From Octopus sinensis (lineage: Eukaryota): a DNA stretch of 64,000 nt. Location: NCBI RefSeq assembly GCF_006345805.1, contig NC_043016.1:31186001-31250000 (forward strand), written 5' to 3'. Made by a program: the position numbers and the translations under genes. Under the pieces are notes generated by a model. The model saw only the letters and a list, made by a program, of their open reading frames with translations. It was not told the DNA's origin and searched no databases. Position 1 is the stretch's first letter. Each line of letters opens with the position of its first letter. Below are positions 50,823 to 62,800 of the stretch, in pieces.

Positions 50823-53800
50823 CTTGTTTCAGTCATTGGATTGAAGCCCCACTGGGACACTACTTTGAAGGGCTTTGGGTGAACAAACTCCAGGACTTAA
50901 TTTTTTAATTTTCAAGCTCGGTACTTATTCTATCATTTTGTTTATTTCTTCTAAACTTAGTCTGATAAAAGGGGCCAAATACAACACAAAGACACACTTG
51001 ACAGGGTTCTTTCAATTTCTGTCTATCAATTTCACTCACAAGGTTTTGGTTAGCCTGAAACCACAGCAGAAGAGACTTGCCCAAGGTGCTACACAATAGA
51101 ACTGAACCCAGAACCATTTGGTTTGGAAGCAAGCTTCCACACCTATACATGCATGTAGGGAAAGAGAGAGGTGCAGGCATGGCCACACTGTTAGGTTTAC
51201 TTCCCAACACGATTTCAGGTTCATTCCCACAGTGTGCCACTTTGGGCAGATGTGTACTACTATAAATGCCCAAGCCTTGTGAATAGATTTGGTAGATGGA
51301 AATTGAAAGCAGCCCACTGTGTATGTTTCTTTGCCTCACGAAGACATTGCATAATAGTCATACAAGCAACGTCATTTGTTTCCAATCTTCTATATAAATA
51401 TGTCCAATCAGTAGGAAATATTGTCTTGCTTGGAAACAAGTGAGAATTGACAGTAGAAAAAGGCATCCAGCCGTAAAAAAATTTGTCTTAATAAATTCCA
51501 TCTGACCCATGCAAGCAGAAATAAGTAGATGTTAAAATGATGAAAATGGATTTACAAAGTTTACACAGTACAATAAATGGATGTATTAAGAATTATAGTA
51601 AATTTCAAGTTGTCCTACAACATTCAAGTGCACCATATGAACTGTTAAGAATAAACTTGTTGCATATTTTAAACAAAAACTATTCAAATGAACCAAAAAA
51701 AGTACAAAAAAAAAACATTTATAGAAGCTTAGCTCATACATAGATATTTATCATATTTTGTACATAAGAATGAATGGAGAAAAATTGTGCAAAAGTTTTG
51801 AAATGGTATTTGTTAATAAGAAACACAATTAGATTAAGCAACACTGGTAATAGTATTATCAACCCTTACAAAGGTGAATTTGAGAGAAGCTGGCATTGGA
51901 TAAGCACTGCTAGAAAGGCTGTTAAGATTCGTTCAATCAAATGTGAGGAGGAAAAGAATTTAGTTTGTTTAACAAAACAGGCTTTAAGGAAACCAGAAAT
52001 TTAATTCAAATGACCTGAAGCCAATCTAGAAAATATACAACCCTAGTTTATATTTAAAAGCTACATAAAAACTAACAAATGTTAGAGAGTGCAAACAATA
52101 GACAACTTACATTCTTTAAGGCCGATGATAGATTTTCTGCTGATGAAGCCTGTTCTGTACTTGCAACAGATGCTCGATTTTCTGACACTTCACTGAGGCT
52201 AGGAGTAGAGTTACTTTTCCGATTGGTAATGCTCACCTGGATTAGACACAATTAGAACAGAAAGAAGAGTATTTTTAATCACTGAACTTGTGATCAATTT
52301 CTATCTAAAAAGGAAACAAAAACCAAGTACTAAATTTTAGGATAAAATGTCCATAAAAAAAAAAAGACCTCCAAAAGGCCATCATACTTGCATAACTTGT
52401 GAACTGTGCTTAAGCCTTTGTATCAACTGTTTGGAAGATCTAACTTAAATAACGACCGGTCCTAAAAATTCTAGCACTAATCAGAATATGAAAGAATGGG
52501 TATTTTTTTCCAAAAAGTCTCAGGTGTTAGTCATAAAACACATAGAAAAGCGACTTTTGTTAAAGCAAACCCCTAAATTTAAATGTAAATGATGTATAAT
52601 GCATACTGACAGGTTAATTCTCATAAACCGAATGCATCAATTTCATAATTTTATTCTAATTATTAAAAAAAAAAAATACCTTTACTTTATCCATGAATGT
52701 TGAACCGGTTCTTGGTTTGACAGTTTGTGGTGCAGAGTCTAACTTTGGGATTCTCACCTTTTCAGGATCATATGAAGGAGCTAGCTGTAAATCAAATTTT
52801 CCTTCAGCTCCCATTCGGTAAGAATTGGAACCACCAAAGTCCCATGTCACATCTACCCAGCCTAAATATTAAAAAAAAAAAGAAAAAAAAATTTAAACAT
52901 TAATAAGTATAGAAATTACAATAACGTTGCTAAATTAATGCAAATGGATTGAAATTTTTGCATTTCAAAAAACTGAAAACTAGTTAATACAAATACACAC
53001 ACAAAAGTAAGGCTTCAACAATAGTACAACTTTAAATATAAAGGGATGGAAAATAAGTTCATAATCACAATGACATTGATAAATTACATATCTAACTTTT
53101 CAAATACTTGTAAAAAGAAGGCAAAATGTATCAAAATATCCAAACTCTTCAAACGAGCAGAGGAAATTATTTTTAACAATACCACATCACATCAGATTTA
53201 TAAAATTACTGTTAGCCAAAAAGAAAAGTGAAGATAAAGTTTTAAGCCAAACAAAAAGTAAATATTTAAAAATTTATAGTTAGTCTTAATACCATCCTAT
53301 TTTAGTATTAAGTTCCTGTTCAAGTCATTCTTCTTCCATATTAAAAAACTTAAAAGTTAGAAACTGTAATTTTGTAGTTATATTAATATTTTTCATGAGA
53401 GTAAAATATCAAAATACTAACCATTGTGCAATTCTCCAGTTACAAATCCTTCACCAGGAGGATTTCCATCTTGATCTCGCCATTTCCAGTCCATGCCACG
53501 TACCACACGAGCACCTTGCTGTATTTGCCGAAGCACTTGACACTTGATAAAGCGTCGTTGACGTCTTAGATTGGCCTCTGCTTCTCTAGCAGCTTTGCCT
53601 TAAGTGATAAACAGAGTGAATAAAGATTAAAACAAATATTTTCCCTAAGTCACTGATATAACATTCAAGAAAGGATATTTGAATAGGAATGGAAATTAAA
53701 TTATATCAACCAATAGTTCTTGATAAACAGGAATATAAAATTAACACTTGAAAAAAAAAAACTAACACTTTAATATTCAACAGAAATTATCTGATGATGA

Positions 53801-56800
53801 TGATGTAATTTCAAACAACTTAGCAGTTTATATGTACTTACCTATGTCATCACAAACACCAGTCACTTTACCATAAATTTCAAAACCAGAGAGTGAAAGA
53901 TAGTGTGTTTGGCCACTGGCATTTTTACCAGTTTGTTGAAGTCTGATGTATCTCCAGCCCTGAGTTTCTTCAGTGGGACATTCAATTGGCCAAGATGCAG
54001 TAGATCTAAAAATTATACCAGAGAAAATTACTATTGTATAATATGATCTTGAATATAATATAATCTCTCTACCTTTTTCTTGCCAAAAATCATCAAAATC
54101 TGTTTTATTACCTTATTAGCCCATACCAATAATGTAACTTTCACATTTTAAAGTTTAATCTTTTAAATTAAAAATAAAATTATCACTTTTAAGTGATAAT
54201 TTTAACATCACACTATGGTAACAGAATTAATTGCTCATTAATGAAGTTCATACAGAAATTGTAAGATATCCTAGGGCTTTTACTTCAACATCTCATTTTC
54301 AAAGTTTTGTAGTTACATTTATTTCTGATGTGATAAACAGAGGTCTTAGCTCAAATGTCCTGATTCTTTTTTCAAACCTATTTATACATTCCAGTTTTGT
54401 TAAAATTAATGCAAGTTAATTTAAAGTTAAAATTTGGTTTCAATCAATCTAATCACCTGTACAACCAAGGTCTAAACTCTCTATGAACACTAGTTTGTCA
54501 ATTTCATAATAGAATATTTAAAAAATTAAAAAAAAATCAATTAAAACATTATACCCACAATTTTGAATCATTTATTTATATATATATATATATCTATTAC
54601 AAAGAAAAAAAAATCAGTTTGTTAAAAGGAAGTAAATTAAAAAAAGTAGTCTTACCCAGGTTCATTTAAAGAGCAATCATCAACATGATTGTACAAAGTT
54701 AGCCAGTTCTGACCATCCTTTGAAACTTGAAATTGCCAATTCCTCAAAGCTGATCTAAAATAAAGAATTTTAAAGAAATAAATACATTTTTTTTTAGAGT
54801 AAATCCATAAGAAATTTAAAAAGAAGAATTTCCATGACAGTGGGAAAAAAGCCAAAATTTTTTTAATTACTTTATATAAGGGAGAAAGGAGTGCTCATAA
54901 CACTTCACAGGGCCCCTAACTAAGACTGGCGAGAATGAAGGCAAGAAGGTATCCTCAAACTGGCGACTTGCTCTTAATGTTTGCAGCACAGTGAACTCTG
55001 CTAAAGGCATTTAGACAGTGATAACCTGAGTGGCCAACCGAGTCTATCACTCAAGTCAACAATAGCAAAATTAGAACTCCATATACAAAGAGCCAAAGCA
55101 AATACCACAAGCAATCTCATCTGAGGTTTTAATTTTTCAGTCGGTCCAATACTGCATTCAGAAAGCATAAATCCAGACAAAGTTGGGGATGGAGGGGGGA
55201 GAAAGCTTGAAAGAAGAGTTTCATCTAATACTAATTCTTCTTCCAATTTACTGCCTAATTAATGTTATAAGCAAAAATGAATTATTAATATCAGACAGAC
55301 CAGTGATATAATATAATCTCTACTGAAATTTACAATAGTTTGTAGACACTCACCTTCCATATCCTCTTGCATGCCGTAGAGTATAACAATTTGGTATAAT
55401 CCATACACCAAGATCTATTGCAAAGGACGCTTTCCTGCAAGAAACCCAACATAACAAAAAACTAATTCTTTTGTACTGAAGTGACTTCAAATAACTTCAA
55501 GGTTAAAAAAAAAAAAAAAAAAAAAAAATGCTTATAAATTTATAAGGAATTAAATCCACACTAACAATTTCATAAAGTTACATTACGGATAAAGTTAAAA
55601 AAAAAAATTTCAAATGGCCGTGTGGTAAGAAGCTTGCTTCCCAACCACATGGTTCCTGATTGTTTCACTGTGTGGCACTTTACACAAGTGTCTTCTACTA
55701 TAATGTTGGGCTAAGCAAAGACTTGAGTGAATTTGGTAGATGGAAACTGAAAGAAGCCCATCAAGTATGTATGTATGTGTGTGTGTCCAACCAATGCTGG
55801 TGTGTTTATATCCTCGTAACTTAGCAGTTCAGCAAAAGAGACCGATAGAATAAGTACTAGGCTTACAAAGAATAAGTCCTAAGGTCGATTTCTTCAACTA
55901 AAACTCTTCAAGGCAATGCACCAGAATGGTTACAATCAAATGACTGAAACAAGTAAAAGAATAAAAGAATATTTACTTATCATCGTTTGTATGGCAGTTG
56001 ATAGCAGAAGAGTCCCTGCTTAGTATGTCCTCCAGTTTTCCATAAGGAAGATTTCTCCCTTCAGACGATGTTACACAAACTAATCCATACTGGGCTGGAT
56101 TCACCCATTCATAAGCAGTTCTGTATTAAAACAAGATTTCCTTTAGAAAGCAGGTTTAGCATATTTTACAGAAATCACACCTAATAAATGTAAACAATAT
56201 CAATTTTCAAACGGTCTGATAAAGTTTTCAACATATAATAAAATTTATTTATCTGGGGAAAAAGAAAATTAGATTAAACAAAAAATGTTATTTAACCTGT
56301 CTATCATCAATCTAACAACCTAAGTATTTATTATTTTATATATGAAAATTTTTTTAAGAAGCCTTGTTACTATTTCAGTGATAGATAAGCAAATTTTTAA
56401 AGAAATTTTTTGAATTTTGTAATGATTTAAAACATCAAAATTACTTTCAAACTTGAATAAAAGACAAATTAATTACTTAGCATTAGTGCCAATCCAATAA
56501 ATTAGACCATTTTCATCAAAGTCCCGCTGATGAGTAAATGTTATTGATGTGCCTGGTTCTTTCAATTTTTTAACAAAAGTAAAGGTTGATCGTTCATAAT
56601 CATACCACTGCTTGGCAACCTAAAGAGTCCAAAAGAATATTTATAAGCAACTTCATTATAATAGTTAATTAGGAACTCAAATTGGAATGGCTTTATAAAT
56701 TACATTTCATTAGATGATTTCTCACAAAAAAAAAAAAAAAAATGTGTGTTTACATTTGATTATAAAGAAATATTTGTAAATTTATAATATATTCTTACCA

Positions 56801-59800
56801 TCTTCAAAAGATATCTTTCAAGTGCAGAAATTGTTGTAAGGGGTTCCATTTTTAGAGTACGGTTTGAGCGATCAATTAAACCAGTTTCACCAGCAGCCCG
56901 CTCTAATCGAAATCTAAGCCGACGAGTAAGGATCTAAAATAGAAGGGATAAATAGCAGACATGCATCATAAGTCATTATTCGACTAAATTTTGAGTGGCT
57001 ACATAAACATGAATGCGACCAATATCAAGAAAACATCAATGCAGTACAAATAGTGGGTAGAATCTCTTCTGGCAAAAGCACATCTTCAACATTGACTGGC
57101 CCTTCCCTTCAGAGCCAAAATATATTTCAGCCTCTAACAATTATTAATCAGTACTCTACAAAGCTTAGGTAATACTTACAGTGGCATGTTGCTCTCACGT
57201 CTGAAGTGTTTGTGCATGCTGCACCCCCCCCACTAGGTACATTCAGAATAGAGCCACTCATCAAATTGGATAAAGTCCCTTACAAATGGCTCACAGACAG
57301 GTGTTCTGTCTCCTCTCCTAGCTTTTCTACCACATCTATAATTGCTTCAGCTCCTTTGAACTGGCTGGGTTCATGCCATCTCCACTCAAACATCCTCACA
57401 CCACTTGTCCCTTCTCACATTACTTATTGCACTTAACACTTACACTAATCACTACACCCAATTCTTCCTTCCAAGAACATCAACTCTCTTGATCTCTGTT
57501 TAGACTCATATTCCTGTAGATGTTGACTTGCAAAGAGGAACATTAACGGCATCAATCCCACTGGTCTAGGAGGGCCTGTCCCTTGCTCCAGACCCAGTAA
57601 GAAAAAAAAAAAAAGAAAAAAATAACTTACCTGTAAACCATAACCAGACCCGGGAAGATCATAGCTGTAGACAGGGAGTTTTTCAATGGATTCTAAAACA
57701 GCCACAAGCTTTTTAACAAGAGCAACAGCTGGATTAAAACCTCTGAAAAATATTTAAAAGATAAAACAGTTAAAATGCTAGTTGTATCAAACATTCTTCT
57801 GATATTCTACTAGTACTGAATTTAATTGGATCTACAACCTTGACAGTTTTGTTGAGTTGTAAAGTGCTCAAGTACTCACCCTTCTCTTTTCTGAAATATT
57901 CTTTTGAATAGTTTTATTCTTTCATTTGTTCTTTTCATGCTAGCTCTAGTTTGCATATCTTCAACATTCTGCAAGAGAAAAAAAAATGAACTAATCTAGT
58001 TGAAAATAATAAAGGGCATACTTGATATTTCCAACCATAAGAGTAATAATATTATAATTACTTATGAACTATAGGTGCTTATAAAGCTAATAGTTAACTT
58101 CAGTTTTTATAGCATTAAAGAAATGTAAGCAAAATCTTTAAGATTAGAAGACAAGCATGTCACAAGATGTTGCCTATAATAAGTTGAACTTATGGATTTC
58201 AAATTGCAACTGAGAATGGTAATCTTTTACTTGTCTTTCTGACCATATTCTACAATAAAAGTTCACCATAAACTCAACACTTTATATATTCTGTACTTTT
58301 AGCCATTCACATTAGTATCTCATAAGATACTAATGCAAATTCAAGACTTGAATTCAAAACAATAACTTGCTCAATGATTTGTCAATTACACTATTATAAG
58401 TATATATACAAAACAATCACAGAGTTAAATTTGATTTCCAGTTTAAGCTACTTAACTTTCATTACCAATATCTTTTATACAGTCATGAATTTCACAATCT
58501 CAGCCTTATAAATCAGTATATTGGAAGTCTTGTGTTTAAGACAAATCCAGTAGACTGTAGTGACTAAATCATTTAACTTTTCAAACCAGGTGTTAAATTT
58601 AGTTAAGACATAGCATTTAACTTCTCAACTGTATGTCATAGGGAATAAGTATTTGATGTTAGCTATTTTAGAATATTTAGAGTTACCAAGTTGTAAAAAA
58701 AAAAATTAAAAAATAAAACATAAAAGGAGTAATTCTAGTATTTAAAATAAGCAACTTTATATATCTAAAAATATTAAAGAAGAAACAATTACATTATTTA
58801 AGATGTTCAGCAAGGTTTGGACTAATCCACTACTTGAAAGTTCGAAAGAGGAAACTGTATGCTCATCTTTTAATAATGCTGTTAATTCTTCCAGAGCAGC
58901 ATGCATGTCTTCCTCCCATTCCACTTCACCTGTAGGGGACTAAAATAGAAGAGCAGAGAAAATGCATAAGTAAATTTATGCATTAAGTGATATACTTTCA
59001 ATCATTTAACCCTTTAACATTCAAATTATTCTGTCAAAATGTAATGCTTATTTAATCACAATGTTTTGGATCAATACTATCTCATAGTTTCGAGATTTCG
59101 ATAATGTGATTATTTTTAGAATGACATTGTAGAGTAAATGTAAGAGGTTGGATCTGACTGGTTTGAACACAAAACAGGTAAAATATTTGGACAAGATATG
59201 GCCAGTTTAAATGTTAAAGGGTTAATGTTTATCATAACAGATTTTAGATGTGTTTAAAATTGTCATATTCTATCAGTTTTACAAGTGAAGGAAGCTACTT
59301 ACTTTTATTTGACTGATCTGTTTAGCATATGAAGCTTCAAGTCGATGCACAATGTTTTTAATTCGAGCCACAATGCTACGAGGAGAAGCTTCAGCTACTC
59401 TAAAGTATTGCTCATATAGCTCCCTGGCTAAGGTCCTTACCTAAAAATAGAAAACACCATTTTATGTAGTGCAAAATGTATAATAGTAAACAAAGTTTAA
59501 TTAAATTATGTCAATTCAAAATTATGCAGTTTATGTACCATGTATAAAACATCACGGTAAGGCGAAAAAATAAAATATAAAGCAAGAATTTTTTTGAAGT
59601 TTAGGTCATTGGAGAAGCAAGACTAAATTACAAGTGAAAAAATTTTTTAATTAAAGAATATTTAAGGTTGCAAATTCAATTGTATTTTAAGTTTTATATT
59701 TTACATGCAAAGTTTAATATTGAAATTCAATTTTGGGTTATTAACCCAGCTTCATTGGTTTCAGTCTCCCCAATAGCAATATCCAAAACTATTATCAACC

Positions 59801-62800
59801 AAATCTTTTCAAACCTATTTGAGAAAATATCAAAATAATTGTGTAAAAGAAAAAATTAAAACAATCCAAATTAGATATTTAAAGTATAATTACTTTCATT
59901 CTTAAAGCATCAATTTTTGTCCTGGACTTTTTACTTTTCTTGCCACCCCACCCAACTGCAAATTCTGGGCCTAATGTGGTTTCAGCAGTAAAAGAATGTC
60001 TGGTTCCTCTATTGGAAACGAAAATAAATCCTGGCAGATCTTCTCCTAACAATGTGGATTGCTGTTTGAAAAAAGAAGAAAAAGAAAAAAAACTTTCATT
60101 AAAAGGGGGAAAAAAGAAAAAAAATAAGTAATAAAATTTGATGGGTCTCATACAAATGGTGAAATACTTTTAAGCTGAAATTTAAACCACTTTAACTTAA
60201 AATTATAAGTTCACTGTTTATTCTCAAGCAAAACACAATAGAACTTTAAAAGTATTGTAGTTGATTTTATCAACCCCAGTCTTCACTGGTATGGTGGTAG
60301 TCGAACACAGAATTGACTATATGCTAAAAGGCAACTATTTAATCTGGCACTATCTACTGTCATTCCACTTATGTAAAAATCTGAAGATGGGAAGTAGATA
60401 AAAAGTAATTTAAACCTTGAATTAATAGATTTTCAGCAAAAACATTTACCTGTTGGCCATCGGAGTTATGAATTTGCATTTCTCCAGTTTTCTTGCACAT
60501 CAACACCCAATTACCAACAATCAAGCTGGCAGCGTCAGGCTTTGATACAATTGGTTGGCTCATTGTCCCTGAACGAATTTGACTACGAGCTTTTTGCAAC
60601 TTTTCAACAAATTCGCCTCGGTTTTCTGTAGAAGTTAAAAAGATTAGTGAAACATATTTGCTAATGATATAAAAATCAAACTGATGAAATAGCAACAAGA
60701 AAAGAAAAAAAAATAAAACAAAACCTTACCAGAACTATCAGAACCTCCTTCTGGACTTCCACTGGAATACATAGTAGCAAGTTTACTATCCAATATGAAA
60801 CGAAACCACCCATTACTTCCATTAGATAATTCTAAGGCAGCAGCATCACTCCAAAGATACAGACAATCACGTCCTCGAACTATACTCCAATCTTTCCAGT
60901 GATAAGGCTTGCCTGGTAGAATTTCTTTAGCATCTTCAATAACTGGTTCCTCCTCCTCCTGAAATAAATAAAATATTAAAAATTAATGTCTTCTATCTTT
61001 GTGAGATGAAATTTATTTTCTCTAGAATCAACCAAGTATATTCATAACATTTATTTCACCAACCAGTAATAAATGAAAAGGTCCAGCTCATCTCTTTAAA
61101 ATTTGAACTTAGTACTAGGTACAGAATAACATTTTAACTATTTGAGGCTTGTGCAAAAATTATTTTCAAATACAAACCTTCTCCTTGTCTTTCTCTTCTT
61201 CAAATGGTCCAACCAAGGTTAGTACACGACTAAATAAGCCAAGGCGAGCAAAGTGTTCCAAATAAATTTCTTGCCCTTTCTTCATCAAGTCTTGCACCAC
61301 TTGCAATGCTATTAGATGGCCGTTATCATCTTCCTACAAGAGTAAATAAACGATCCATTCCATAAAAATATTTATTGTAGCTCTTGTTACTGAAACAATC
61401 TTGGATATTACTGAAGAGGCAGGAAATTGAGCTACTACATAAGTGATATAATTTCAACAGGTAAACACTGTATACTGATAATAAAGGTGAAAATCAGGTT
61501 ATTGTCTTCCACAACCATTTTTCCTTTTTTTCTTATATTTTATTTTATTTTTACTGTTTTCAAACACTATAACCTTTTTTTATATGTCTCAGGTTTAGTA
61601 ATAGTAATTTTATAAATTTGAAATAAGCAACTACTACAGATCAGGAAATGCAACAGGCATTAATGTAATGGGCATAGAACCAGATGCTTCAATTTCTGAT
61701 AGTGAAAAAAACTTATATAGAGAATGAATTAATTCCAAAAAAAGATTGCAGTGAAAACTTAAAATATTTCTCTATCACATATTTTAGAAAAACTACAGTG
61801 ATTATTTACTCAAGCTTCTTCCAATTGAAATTTCCCATATGTCACACAGAATGCAAAACAAGGAAAAAGAGGATATGGGCTCCTATACAACTGAACAAAA
61901 TTTGGGCTTTTTTTTTTCATGTCATAGATATAATTTTACATCAAATTAGAATAAGTTTGAGACAAAAATTCCATTGCAGATTTACACAAGACCTTTCACA
62001 GTCTAAACACTAATACATTAATTGAAAGTTATAACAGTTCATGGAGCATTTAAATTTATAGTTAATTTGGAATAGTAATGAAACGCATAGGTGTATTCTA
62101 GTTAAATGTAGTAATTAAAGAGTTAAACTTAACATGAACTTACTTCATTGTCAAGAACTGTAGCAATGACTTCTGTAAGAGATGATCCAAAATTCGGGCT
62201 GCTAAATTCTGAGCAACTCATTTCAGCTAAAAGTGGCCCACTAATATAATGGACCATTTTTCTGATGAGTGACAAGCTGGCTTTCCTTAAGAGGGGGAAA
62301 AAGAAACATGAGAATATTTTGAAAATAAGTTAAATTCAGAAATTTATTGTATTCCTTCATATAAGAAAAAAAAAAGTCACTACAAAGTATTCAATTACCT
62401 GACTGATATCAACATGGATCCATGAAATACTTGTGCAAAGACAGGCAGGAGCCCTTTAATATATAATGGGGCAACTTCTGGATCACCTTTTGGTTCTGTA
62501 CATTCTGTTTTGTCTTCTTCAACCAAATCTTTTTCTCTGTCTGTTTCTATTTGTGAATTTTCTCTTTGAACTGGCACCATCCATTCACCTAGAAAAGAAA
62601 GGTAAGCAAAAGTTTGGCAACCAATTTTAGGAAATGGAAGAAAAGAGATTAAAAAAAACCCACAATAAACTTAAGTGTCACAGCTACTACAGTTAAAGTT
62701 GCAGAATTCTGGCCTGAAGATGAAATGTTCAAATCTGTTGCATAAATTTTCATCTCATTAAAAAAAAAAATCATATCAGTAACAACATTATACAGGAACA

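Noticed and set aside
55001-55246. 81-aa minus-strand ORF inside a HECTD1 intron
   Set aside because: It starts at TTG, is not needed for the reading frame (the flanking exons join in phase) and shows no recognisable homology. It is probably an old repeat.
58929-58931. Alternative acceptor cctacAG|GTGAAG 10 nt inside exon 58793-58939
   Set aside because: Its use would shift the frame; the upstream ttttAG keeps it.
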